A stretch of 64,000 bases of DNA from Caecitellus pseudoparvulus (GCA_965644315.1 CBFFRQ010000062.1:496087-560086), one strand, 5' to 3'; numbered from the stretch's first letter, positions 20,119 to 32,426 are shown. Numbers and translations: made by a program. The notes: a model not told the origin generated them from the sequence alone.

Positions 20119-22947
20119 ATGCCGAAGCGCAGGAAGAGCTCCGGCGGCAGTGCCGCCTTCCCCAAGGGCGGCACGCGGGTGTGGTTCGATGTGGGTGTCG
20201 GCAGCAAGTCCGCAGGGCGCCTGGAGTTCGAGCTGTTCGACAGCGTCACGCCCAAGACGGCGGCCAACTTCAAGGCCCTGTGCACTGGCGAACGAGGACG
20301 TGGCAAGTTCGGCAAGCCCCTGCACTACAAGGGCTGCCCTTTCCACCGCATTATTCCAGGTGCGTGTCCCACTGGCGCTGTTCCACGCCGAACTTGTCAG
20401 CTCACCCAGCGCCGCCCGCATGCAATTTCAGAGTTCATGATTCAAGGTGGCGACTTTACAAACTTTGATGGCACTGGTGGCGAGTCCATCTACGGAAAGA
20501 CCTTCAAGGACGAGGTGTGTGGCGCGCACTCATTGCGGCGCGTGAACGGCGCAATTTCCGCACGCTGCGCCGCCTCGCCCCTGCCGCAGAACTTCAAGCT
20601 GAAGCACACCGTGCCTGGCCTGCTGTCCATGGCCAACGCGGGGCCGAACACGAACGGGTCCCAGTTCTTCATCACCACGGCAGCGACACCCTGGCTAAAC
20701 GGCAAGCACGTCGTGTTTGGGCGGGTTGTCAGCGGCATGCCGCTGGTGGCCACGATGGAGCGCCTCGGAACACAGTCCGGCAAGACGCGCAAGCGCGTTT
20801 TCATCATTGACTGTGGCGTCGTGGGCGACGACAGCGCTGGTGCTGCCCCAGCAGCCGCTGCCGCTGCCGCTGCCGAGCCAGCCACTGGCGGTGTCAAGCG
20901 TGCGCGCGAGCAGCCAGCGCCAGTGGCTGCCGATGCAGGAGAAGGCAAAGCTGCCGCCGCACCCGAGGCGCAGGCAGCTGAGGATGCAGCTGCCGCCAAG
21001 GCTGCACGCAAGGCGGAACGGGCGGCGGCAAAGAAGGCCCGGCGCGAGGCAGAGGCTGCAGCGGAGGCTGAAGCAGAGGCGTCCTCCCAGGCGGCTGCCG
21101 CGGCATCCGGGGGAGGGGGCAGCGACTCTGCTGCCCAGGAAGTGTCTGGTGGCTCTGCCGCCCGCGGTGGCGCCCCCCAGAAGGACGGCTTCTTCTCCGG
21201 GCAGCGCTTCGACTCGCTGCCCCTCAGTGAGGGCACGCTGTCGGCCCTGGAGGAAGCCGGGTACTCCACCATGACCAAGATCCAGGCGCAAGCCATTCCC
21301 CCCCTGCTGCAGGGCAAGGATGTGCTGGGCGCCGCCAAGACGGGCAGCGGCAAGACGCTGGCCTTCCTCATCCCCGCCATGGAGATCCTGGCCAAGGCGC
21401 AGTTCAAGGCGCGCAATGGGCTGGGCGCCGTCATCATCACGCCCACGCGTGAGCTGGCCCTGCAGATTTACCAAACCCTGCGGGAGCTCATGGGGCACCA
21501 GAAGCAGACGCACGGCCTGATCATGGGCGGCGCCAACCGGCGCAACGAGGCGGAGAAGTTGGAGAAGGGCGTCAACATCCTCGTGGCCACGCCAGGGCGC
21601 CTGCTGGACCACCTGCAGAACACCCAGCGCTTCCTCTTCGACAACCTGCAGTGCCTCATCATCGACGAGGCTGACCGCATCCTGGAACAGGGCTTCGAGG
21701 AGGAGATGAAGGCTATCATCAAGGCCCTGCCCAAGACGCGCCAGAGCATGCTCTTCAGCGCCACGCAAACGCAGAAGGTGGAGGACATGGCCCGCCTGGC
21801 CATCCGAGGCACCCCCGTGTACGTGGGCGTGGACGACCGAGACGCCATCGCCACGGTGAGCACACTGGAGCAGGGGTATGTCGTGTGCCCCGCCGACCAG
21901 CGCCTGCTGCTGCTGTACACGTTCCTCAAAAAGTACAGCAAGAAGAAGATCATTGTGTTCTTCTCCTCCTGTGCCAGCGTCAAGTTCCACGCGGAGCTGC
22001 TGAACTACATCGACGTGCCGGTGCTGGACATCCACGGGAAGCAAAAGCAGGCGAAACGCACCACGACCTTCTTCGAGTTCTGCAATGCGAAGACCGGCAC
22101 GCTGCTGGCCACTGACGTCGCGGCGCGTGGGCTGGACATTCCTCACGTCGACTACGTCATCCAGTTCGACCCCCCTGATGATCCACGCGAGTACATTCAC
22201 CGTGTCGGGCGAACAGCTCGAGGTGCCACTGGCGCCGGCCGAGCCCTGCTCTTCCTCATGCCCGAGGAGCTGGGCTTCCTCAAGTACCTGCGCGCTGCCA
22301 AGGTGACCCCCAACGAGTATGTCTTCCCTACCTCCAAGCTTGCCAAGGTGCAGGTACGTGCACGTGTCGTGCTGTGCCTTTACATCTGTGTAGTTCTCGT
22401 GTCTGTGCCAATGTGTGAGCTGAGGAGGTCGATGATGTCTTACCAAGATCTGTTCTGAACAACTCATGTCGATTGGGCTCTGCCCACCAACCCCTGAGAC
22501 CTTCCCTGCTCCCCACTGCTGCCTCGCACGCACTGTCTCGCCGCTCTCGCTCCCCGCCACACCTTCCCTCGCCCCCTGGCCCCGCAGGACCAACTTGAGA
22601 AACTCATCTCCAAGAACTACTTCCTGCACAAGAGCGCCAAGGAGGGCTACAAGGGGTACATCCTCTCCTACTCCTCCCACGCGCTGAAGCACATCTTCAA
22701 CGTGCACGCCATTGACCTGGGCGGTCTGTCCAGGTCCTTCGGTTTCGCGACACCCCCTCGGGTGCCCCTGAACCTGAAAACCACCGGCGCCAAGGTGCGC
22801 AAGCGCGGCGGCGGTGGCGGCTTCGGGGACAAGGACCGCAAGTCTGTGCACGATAAGATCCGGGCGCAGGGCAGCGGGCATGCCTTCTCCGCCGCAAACC
22901 CGTACGGCAAGCGTGGCGGCGATGATGGGCGGCAGTTCCAGCACTGA
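20119..22947 (+). CDS. HAS1: Fusion protein: N-terminal cyclophilin PPIase plus C-terminal DEAD-box helicase HAS1/DDX18
   Basis: Cyclophilin motifs: [58 protein letters not shown]. Helicase motifs: [46 protein letters not shown]. Introns 20360-20431, 20515-20589 and 22354-22587; last exon has the HAS1-type [19 protein letters not shown]. Confidence 0.92.
22426..22502 (+). ncRNA. Intronic box C/D snoRNA (predicted LSU rRNA 2'-O-methylation guide)
   Basis: Terminal stem AGGTC/GACCT, box C-like ATGATGT (22432-22438), D' CTGA (22455-22458) and D CTGA (22494-22497). Guide ACCAAGATCTG is complementary to the conserved LSU sequence CAGAUCUUGGU. Confidence 0.8.
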
Positions 22948-23204
22948 GACTGGGCGCTGTTGACGTGAGTGCTGCCTGCTGCTGTTGTTCTGGCGAGTGA
23001 GGGGCGTGCTGGGAGTGACGAGTCTTTCTCACCTTAGCTTCAGGCATGCTGATACTCTATCTTCAAAGTTCGCTGACCCAGCCCGCCCCTCCGCTGCAGT
23101 CCCCTTCGCTGCGCGTGCCTGCGACCACTGTTCCCACACACGCACATTTCGCGCACTCCATCACAGAGACGCAGCCCAGGCCGATGCCCTTGCAATGCAT
23201 TTCT

Positions 23205-24073
23205 TCACTGCTCAGTGACGGAGGCCAGCAGCTGCTTCCACCCGCGACCACTGTGGGCCGACACAGTGAAGCAGTCCACATCCACGTGGCAGTCGGCAGC
23301 GAAGGTGAAGGCCTTGCCGCGCCGGCCCAGCACCGCCCCAGACCCGCCGTCACTGGTGTCTGCCAGGCTGCTTCGAGTGTCCTTCACCGCCGTCACGGCC
23401 CGCTCCAGGGCGCTCTGCAGCTCGCCCGCTGTCAGCGCGTCCGCCGCGTCAGCCTTGCACCCCAGCAGGGTCAGGCGCAGCCCCCGCTCCACCATGGCCG
23501 GGGTAGTCAGGAGGTCGAACAGCATTTCCCCCGCCTGGGCCATGTGCTGCGCGTCCCCTGCGCAGTCCACGGCGAACACCACTCGGCGGGCGGTGGGCAA
23601 GAAGTCTCGCACGGCTCCAGCGACACGGGGGTGGCCCGGCACATCGACGAGGTGCACCTTGTGGTCTGGAAGGTCTGCCAGTGCCACCGTCTTGTCCAGG
23701 GGCTTCACCGACAGCACAGTCTTCTCCACATGGCCCTTCCACAGCTGGGAAGGTGAGTGTGAGGTTGGCCGTGGCCACCGCTGTGCATCGGCGTCGTGGG
23801 CGGTGCACGCACCTTGTGCACAATCGTGGTCTTGCCTGCGCCCTCAGGGCCTGTAAATACAATAGCTGACCCCCCTTTCCCTGCCACAGCCCCTGTCAAG
23901 CTCGGCAGGAGGCCTGCACAGGCAGGGGAGAAAGCGTGTGGAGCCAGGCTGGGCAGCATGCACAGGAGTCACATGCCCTCACCGATGACTGCTGGCAGCA
24001 CCACCACGGCAACGAGGAGGGCTGCAAGTGCCACGCGCCAGTCGCTTGTAAGCGTCTCCAGCACCCCTTCCAT
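23205..24073 (-). CDS. SRPRB: Signal recognition particle receptor beta subunit
   Basis: N-terminal TM helix (VALAALLVAVVVLPAVIG), P-loop GPEGAGKTT, VHLVDVPGHPRV, VVFAVD and G4-like CKAD; two introns. Confidence 0.85.
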
Positions 24074-24347
24074 TCTACTTGAGCCCTGCAGCAGTTGCGG
24101 TGCGGAACTTGACAGCTGTCCCGAGCGCACGTCAGACAGGTCGACTGTGGAAGCGCAAGGCAGAATGGGGCCCGTCGTAAATCGTTCTTAAGAGCTAAAT
24201 TACATTGTTGTTGCCACTGTGGGATTTTACCTGCATGCTGCGACTGAGGAAGGGTCCGCAGGAAGCAGCAGTGGGACGGCCTTGACTTGGCGTTTCGGCG
24301 TTTCGACGCACGTGTGCAGCCGGGCCTAGTTTCGCCACCCAGGCGCC

Positions 24348-26094
24348 ATGGCAGATGTGCGTGCGCAGTCAAGGCCCCAAGATGCTGAACGCAGTGCTTC
24401 ACACACCCCTCACTCGCCTGGGCGCCTCTGCAGCTCTTTAGTTTCCTTGGCGCAGCCCTCGGCGGCAGCCAGACGTAAGCACCACGCCGGCGCACACGCA
24501 CTGCGATTGCGAGTCACGCCAGGCCCCACCGCGCCTCGCCACAGCTTCATCCAGCAGTACAAGTGCCACAGCTTGGCCATGCTGGGTGACCATTTCCAGG
24601 AGTACAGTGACAAGGGTGCGAGCCAGTCGGCGAAGCTTGCAGCCAGTCCTGCCTCACAACCACTTGGCTCTCCCCGCAGTCGTCCTGCCCCCCTCCGCCC
24701 TGGACCGCCTGTGTACGTGACCAGCAGAGTCCCAATGTCCCGCCAAGTGTCACGCCCTGCCACTGTCTCCTCCCGCTGCAGCGCGCATGCAAGTGCAGTA
24801 CCCGATGCTGTTTGAGCTGCGCCACGATGCGCTGGGACTGACGACACACGTTGGCACGCTGGAGTTCACGGCAGCAGAGGGCTTCGTGCACGTCCCTCGC
24901 TGGCTCATGGCCAGCCTGCACATCCCCGAGGGCGGCGTGGTCACCCTCACCAACAAGGCCCTGCCCAAGGCCAGCTGGGTGAAGCTGCAGCCACAAAGCA
25001 AGGAGTTTCTGGACCTGTCTGACCCGAAGGCGGCCTTGGAGGTCGTCTTGGCGCAGTTCTCCTGCTTGACGCAGGGCCGCACCATCACGTTTCAGCACGC
25101 TGCGCGGGAGTACCAGCTCCTGGTGCAGGAATTGAAGCCCGCGGTGAGCAGCGCACAGCGACACGCACGCCACTGAATCGCCGCTGCCCACACCGCGGGA
25201 CACGCCGCGCCTGCACAGGATGCCTGCTGCATCATAGAGACGGACATGGAGGTGGACTTCTCTGCCCCGCCTGGCTACGAAGAGGAGATGGCGGCCCAGG
25301 CCGCCAAGGCAGCCGCAGCCAAACAAGAGGCGGAAGCGGCTGCCGCAGCTGCAGCGGAGGCTGAGGCGGCGTCCAGCGCCTTCACAGGCACCGGGCACCG
25401 ACTGGTGTCTGACAAACGCACGACGAACAGCACCACCAACGCGAACAGCGGCACGCCCTCCCCCATGCTGACGGCGGCGCTGGGCGGCACGTTGCTGGGC
25501 AGGAGTGTTGTTGGACGCCCAGCTTCCAGCGCATCGCCTGCCACGGCGCCCAAACAGTCTTCAGAGGCAGAGGAGCCCAGTGGGGGGAGTGCTTTCAAGC
25601 TGGGGGGCGTGAAGAACCCCGGGCGCAGGCTGGGCGGCACGCCTGCTCGCCGCACGAACTTCGCCGGAACAGGCGGGGGGCGGCGCGTGGATGGCGCTCC
25701 CGCCCCGGCGCCCGTTCCCGCCAGCCTCGCCGCAGCAGCCGCGGCACCCTCCGCACCCAAGCGCCCTGCCCTGGACCTGGGCGACTCACCGCCGCCCAGC
25801 TCGGCGCCTGCCCCTCCCGCAGGCCCAGGCCACGTTTTGGGCGGCAACGACGTGCGCCCGACGGTGCAGCCACCGCCGGTCCCTGGCCAATCTGCTCCGG
25901 CGACTGCTTCCCCCGCAGGCGCCACGCCGGGTGGTACAGGCGGTGGCCACCGTCTTGGGGGTGGTGACTCACCCTCCCGCCCCCCCAGTGCAGGTGGGCA
26001 CCGGAACAAGTTTCTGGAACGGTTCCGTGCGCGGCAGGAAGCTGCGCAAAGCTCCGCCGCCTTTTCCGGCACAGGCCGCACACTGCAGGACTGA
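24348..26094 (+). CDS. UFD1: Ubiquitin fusion degradation protein 1 (p97/Cdc48 cofactor)
   Basis: Spliced exons give VVLPPSALDRL, YPMLFEL, THVGTLEFTAAEG, KLQPQSKEFLDLSDPKAALE and IIETDMEVDFSAPPGY; terminal SHP box FSGTGRTL. Confidence 0.93.
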
Positions 26095-26205
26095 GATCAG
26101 GCGCGGGGCACGTGGCGGCAGTGCCTGGATGCGGGGGTGTCAGACAAATGCATGCATTCTTCGTGTGCGCTTGCGCCCCTGCGCCAGGCTGGCGTCCTGA
26201 GCGCG

Positions 26206-27211
26206 CTACCACTCACCGTCCACCTCTGTGACAATGTCGCTGATGCAGGGGTAGTGTAGAACCCCCCCTGCGACTTCAGGGCGCAGGGTTTTCATGTGCT
26301 GCACAGCTTTCTTTGCTGCCCAGCCGTTGGCGATGAAGTGAGCCAGCACGATGGTGGCAGAGCGCCCCATGCCGGCTTTGCAGTGCACGAGCACTCGGTT
26401 GGTGGGGGTGGCCAACGCAACAGCCATCCAGCGCAGGGCCTGCTGCACCTGGGGCGTCCGAGGCACATCTCCATCCGGTACCGGCACGTACAGCTGCTCC
26501 ACGCCGGCCTTGGCGTACGCTGCGATGGGCCCCTCATACTCCGCGCACATGTTCACAACATGCGTCACGCCGCGGTGCCGCAGGTGCTTCACATCCCACG
26601 AGAAAGGGATGGAGCCCAGGAACACCTGCTGCGTCATGGGGGTCATGAGGCTGTGCAGGCGCCAGCCGCATGCCGCCCACGCCACTGCTGCCAGCGTGAG
26701 TGGCGTATCCCAAAGCACTCGCAGGGCCAGCACCAGCCAGGCTGGAAATGGCGCCTGGTCGTCCCTCCACGCAAACAGGAACGCGGGAAGGGTCCCTGCC
26801 AGCCACAGCCAGTCCCACCCACTGCCGAGCATCCAGCAAAGGGGGGCGAGGAGAGCTGCCACCCTGCGGTGAGAGGTCACATGGGGTGGCGAGGTGCCCG
26901 TGCGGCGAGGGTGCCTGGGCGCACGCACCAGACGTGCATCCACATCACCACGAGGAGCAAGCGGAACTGGCCAACCAAGCGACGGTGCTGGACAGGAATG
27001 AACTTCCTGTGCACCACGGGGAGCGGCAGCTGTGTGTGCGCATCTCGAAGCCAGGCTGCAAGCTCAGGCCGTACCTGTACACCGCCACGGCGACCGGCAC
27101 GATCGCTGCGTAGGCAAGCCAAGGCGCCCCAAACCAAATGCAGACTGCACCAAAAGCAACTACGCCTGCAAGCAGCACCCTGAGCAGCGTAAGGGAGCTC
27201 TTCCTGTCCAT
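26206..27211 (-). CDS. Dual-specificity/PTPMT1-like phosphatase with N-terminal membrane segments
   Basis: Catalytic motif VLVHCKAGMGRS, acid loop VPDGDVP and GVTHVVNMCAEY; hydrophobic exon 1 from ATG 27211. Exon boundaries approximate. Confidence 0.8.
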
Positions 27212-27472
27212 GCCTGGCTCTTGCCGTGCGGAAATTGGTGCCAGTTTCAAGAGATTGACAGCGTAAACGTCGAGCGGCAGCTTCTGGAGTGGAGATGGGG
27301 AAAGTAGCAGTGGGAGGGAAAAATAAAGTTTGATGTGCCAAGGGTTTTATTCGCAGATGGATTCGTGGAAGGGTGTTTGTGCTGCTGCATTGGCGGAGAA
27401 AATATGGAGTCTGTGCAGCAGCTCCAAGCGCTGGGCAACAACTCCCTGGGCCAGGGGAGCGCCCCCGCAATA

Positions 27473-30400
27473 CTAACACATGTCTTCCTTGACGCTCTTC
27501 ACTTTGATGCCTTCTGATGCAAGGCGCATGGAGCCCAGCTCACCCACCATCCACACACCTCGCAAGCCTCCGACACGCTTGCCCACGGCGGGCAGCACCA
27601 GCCAGCTAAACACGCTCCATGCCAGCACCACGCCAATGCAAAGGCACAAGACCGTGCCTGCGATGCCGGCACTGTACACAGAACCGCTGCCCACTGCCAG
27701 GCTAGCCTCAAGGAGTGCCAACACTACGCCCAGCTGCACCACGCCCACATCCAACACCTCCCCCAGCCCGCCACCACCACTCCCCATCCCACCCACAGCC
27801 CCCGCTAGATCCACCCCTCCCTCACCCACACACGCCGCCTCTGCCGTCGCGTTCCCACCGCCCCCCACACCCGCACACCTCGCCATCACGCCCACCACCT
27901 GCTCCATGTGCCCAGCCACCCACAGCACACCCCGTGTCACGCCCCCCGTCGACAGCACGCCACCCCCCGCACCACCACACCTTGACCGGTACGCCTGCAT
28001 GCGGAGGCTGGTCAGCGTGGAGGTCAGTCCTCGGGGGGCATACAGACTGCCACTCGCAGCTCCACCCAGGGGCGCGTCACCATCCAGCACGGAGCCAAGG
28101 AGGCACGCATCGTGATGCACCGCATCGTACACAGCAGCCTGCGCCGCCGACACGGGCGGGACTGCAGAAAGCGCAGGCAGGCGCGGAAGAGAGTCGAGGC
28201 GGAACGTCCACCAGCGCGCAGCGTGAACACTGTCAGCGGCCACTGCAAGCTGAGGCGAGGACAGGGGGCGGCCGTCGTGCAAGTCAGCTGCTGCAGACAG
28301 CACCCCTGCCAGGGCGATGTGGGTGTGCCCGATGCTGGCGACGCTGGCCACTGCCACCGCCCTGAAGCCAGTGTCGATGCTGCTTTGTGTCATGTCCACA
28401 AGCAGGATGCCGATGAAGCACGAGAAGAACACCGCCCCCACAGCCTGCAGCGGGCCCAGCAGCGAGCCGTGGGCGCGACACAGCCTGCCGCTGCAAAGCA
28501 CTTTCACTGGCCGGGCGCTGATGCCCAGAGCTGCAGCAGCAGCAGACACAGCCTCGTTCTCTGTGCGCTGCAGCCTCGCCTCGGCGCAGCACGCGGTGGC
28601 AGTGGACACCGCGATGATCGTCAGCATAGCGACAGTACCGCCAAGCACCTGCCCAGCGCTGACCTGCATCAATGCAGCCTCGACATCCTGGTACATGCTG
28701 GTCCCTGTCTCATTCATGGCTGCAAGGGCGGTTGTGTCGTTGCTGGTCATGCTCTGCCAGGCGCTGCCCGGAGTCTGGTCATGCTGTGCGCGGAACAGCA
28801 TGCCATCCACTGCCGCCATGACAGGCTGTGACTGGGACGAAGTGTCGGCGTTTGCATCGCGCAGGATGCGGTTCTGCCACTCCTGCACGGCTGGTGCCCC
28901 AACAAGGTAGTCAAGAACGTCGGCACGTGCGAGGAGGTCCATGACATCACGGCGTGAAGTGATCCAGTCTCCGACAGCTTCGTCAGCCGCCTGGGCAAGC
29001 TGCGAATGGGTGGAATTGCCGGCCAGCTGTACCATGGAGGCCCACTGGCGGCTTTGGTGCCCATGCGTCGCGCAGCGCCACAGTGCCAGGGGGGTCAAGA
29101 GCCGCTGGCCATGTGTGCTGTCCGGGCCAATGACGAGGTTGGGCAGCACGACAGCGCAGAAAACGCACACAACCAACACCATGGCCACACGTTGCTGCCA
29201 AAGTGCGCCCCGATACACCACGTGACTGGTCACTGGCTGGGCGGCCACATGCAGAGCTTGCACGGCCGCCTGCTTGAGGCGTGGCTCGCTCGAACGCATT
29301 GTGTGGCCGGAAAGAGCGTCTGAATGTTGGCAAGCCTGAGTGGGCTGACGAGGGGTGACGCGATCACCCTGCACAGCTACAAGCACCACCCACCGCACCT
29401 CAGGACCCCCGCCACCCAGCGCCCAGCCCTCCAACACACACACCTGGCACGCCACGCCCCCCTGCCCCTGCCGACCCAGCTTCACACACCGTGGCACACC
29501 CACGTCCCCCGGCGCCAGCCCCCTCGCGACCACGCCGCCCCACCACACATCCCCACCCAGGCCCATCACCTCGCCCCACCCTCGCCCCACCAACTCGCCC
29601 TCACTGCTGCACCCCAGCAGCCTCACCATGCCCTCGCTCACTGACAGCACCATGCCCCGTGTGCTGCCAGTGCCACTCACCTCTGCCCACAGCACGGGCT
29701 GCCGGGGCTCCTTGCCCTGCCCACCTCGACCCACAAACTGCACCCACCCAGCCAGCAGCTTGGCAGGATCGGCAAGTGCTTCGGGGGCTCCACTTTCTTT
29801 CAGTCCGTTTTGAGCAGAAACTTGGCAGGTTTCGGCGCGGAGGGCAAGCCCCGAATCGAGCCCAAACCCGCCAGTCTGCGCCGCATCTGTGGCTTCAACA
29901 GCCGCCTCCACTGACGTAGCAGCCACCTGGATGGGTGACTGCGCGCTGCTCGCATTGGAGGATCGCTGCGCAGCAGCACTGAACTGCACAGCCGCAGAGG
30001 CAAGGGCCCGCAAGTCCCGCACCAGGCGGCTGCCTGCGTGCAGGATGTTGTTTGTGGCAACGCCTCCAGCACTGGAGACACCTTTCAGGCGGCGGAGGGC
30101 AAAGTTCAGGTCGGACGTGAAGCGCGCCTGGGTATCGGTGGCTTTGGCCGCGCTTGCACGAAGCAGTGCAGAGCGCTGCACGACGAGCCCCAGCATGGCG
30201 GCGCTCTCCAGGCGCCACAGACACTGCAGGCGGTGCAGGATGTACATGCGGAAGTCGGGGGCAGGCGTGAGCGCCCACAGGTGTCGCAGGGCCGCCACCT
30301 CGCCACCCACGCCGTGCCCGCTCCAGGGACTGCCGCGCCACATGGCTTCGTACATGGCGGCGGTAGCAGAGTCGGGGTGCAGGCGGCGCATGCGGGCGAT

Positions 30401-31944
30401 GATGGCGTGAGCGGGGTTGTCTGTGAGGGCAGCCCGCAGGCGAGCTACACGGCACGGCGACTTTACGGCAGTTGCGTGAGACGCTGTCCAAATGGAGGGG
30501 CCGAACTGGTTCAACTCCGCCAATGCCTTCCCAACCTCTCGAGTGCTCGCTTCCAGCCCGATAACCTTGGCCGTTGCAGCTTTGGCTGCCTCATGTGTCT
30601 CGGCCAGCGCACACATGCTCAGCGCTTCGACTCGCACCAGGTGCTCGCGGAATGACCCGAGAATACTGTGCCTGACTGTGTCAACAGTCGCCCCTCCAAA
30701 CACCACAACAGCTAGGATGATTATCATGGTCATGAGGGACACGTCCACTCGATGGTCTGAGGCAAGCGCCACTCCAGCGCTGACGGAGCTGGCGCCCAGT
30801 GCGGCGCAGGTCGCCGCCCACACCCGGAATTGGTGCGGGTTCGCGTGGATGTTGAACCACAGAGCTCCCGTGATGTATGACACTGCGACCTGCGGCACAA
30901 GGGCGGGCCCCACCCACAGTGGCAAGAGGTCCAACAGCGCGCCAACTGTCAGGGTCGCCCCTGCAATGATGCCAACGTCCAGAAGGAGAGCCCATCGAAT
31001 GGACAGGACTGCAGCAATGGGGAGAGAGGTTGCGGGCAAAGATGTAAATAGTTCCGGGTCTGGCAGCGCATACATCAGCCGCCCCGGCACTGAGGCAAAG
31101 AGGATGACGAAGAAGCACGCGGCGCTGATGAGCACGTGCACCAGGTGCCAGCCCGTGTAGCACGCCTCCACGCCCCCGAACATCGCCGGCACCATGCTCA
31201 CGCCGTGCTCAAGGGGCGTGCTCAGCGGCAACACCGTGCTCCGCAGCAGCGCTCCCGGCTCGCCCCAGATGGCGTTGGTGGCGGTGCCCCATCGCTGGAT
31301 GAGGTGAGGAGCCCGGACCGCTGGGTCCAGGGCGGGGAAGCAAGCCAGCATGCGGCCCAGCACAATCAAGCAAGGTATGGATGCAGCCCAGAATCCCCCG
31401 TAAATGACCAGGCCAACGACCAATGCGAGCGTGGAGGATTTTGTCGAGGCGGTGAACCTGCGAGGTGAGTCGCGGGGGCCAGGTTTGGGCGTTGCCGTCG
31501 GCGGGGACAGCGTGACGGGACGTACAGCTTCACTCTCTGAGCCCACGGTGCATGTTCTCTGTCTTTCTGACGTGATGTCCCCGCCCCTTTGCCGGCGAGC
31601 TGTGCAGCGCCGACGGCTGCTGAGGATGCAGTTGCGGCAGCCGCCCACCGCCACCAGCACCACACCGCAGCCAAGGCGCCAAGCATGGCAAGGGCGACGA
31701 AGACGGACGTCATCCATGCTAAGTAGAAGACTAAGGGGGACATGTCAAGGTCCAGTCGGCCGCCCAGGATGACAGCCGCGAGGCGCCCCAGGACTGCCAA
31801 GTCTGGACTGCCTACGTTGGCCCCCATCGCTGAAAAGTAGAACGCCGCTACCAGCAACTGCGCAGCTTTGCAGGCCACCACAATACTTTGCAGGCGCGAG
31901 GACGGTAAGGGAAGCAGGAAGAGGGGGAGAATTACTGCCTCCAT
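27473..31944 (-). CDS. TmcB/TmcC-like multi-pass membrane/PAS protein, copy 3
   Basis: ORF 31366..31944 (homologous to the N-terminus of copy 2) joins ORF 27473..31717 in frame via a 68-nt intron 31525-31458 (GTACGT...CTCACCTCGCAG). Shares four near-identical DNA blocks with copies 1 and 2. Confidence 0.8.
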
Positions 31945-32426
31945 CGCTATTCAGGGCAGAAAGGAAACGGGTACGCGGACTGTGCCGCAGCGAATCTAGC
32001 TGTGCCGAGAAACGCCCCCTCAGCCCACTGCCTCGGTTCGCAGCCGAATGGGCAGTGGGGGGCCGTTTTGGGCGATATGACGGGAGATCAGAGCTCCTTT
32101 GGCACGCTGGCCCCATGTTTCATGTGCATTTTTGCCGGGCACGCCGTCTGCGCTGATGTGCGGGTGGCATGCCGCAGATTCTCTCGTTTCGCATCAGCTG
32201 GCCTACGCTTGTGCGTGCAGCAGGCCGCCTGCGGTGCTGCTCGTCACAGAGCAAAGCGGGCGGGGAAATGTGTGGGGCTTGCCCCACTCCGTACTCACAG
32301 AAGTCGCCCCTTGCCCCGGATTGAGCAGAGGCCCCAGAGCTTTGCGCTGGGGTGCAGGTGTCGGAACGGCTCCCGCAGCAGTCCAACGCTCACCTCACAG
32401 CGGGCAGCTGACAGGCGCCAGCGCTG

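Noticed and set aside
20695-22944. 749-aa antisense ORF over HAS1 (likewise 12174..13742, 33915..36083, 41880..43718, 32002..33471)
   Set aside because: Shadow ORFs expected from high GC and strong codon bias; no motifs, and the opposite strand encodes a clear conserved protein.
330-31356. Diversity-generating retroelement explanation for the variable blocks
   Set aside because: No reverse transcriptase in the window, and the differences are not adenine-specific.
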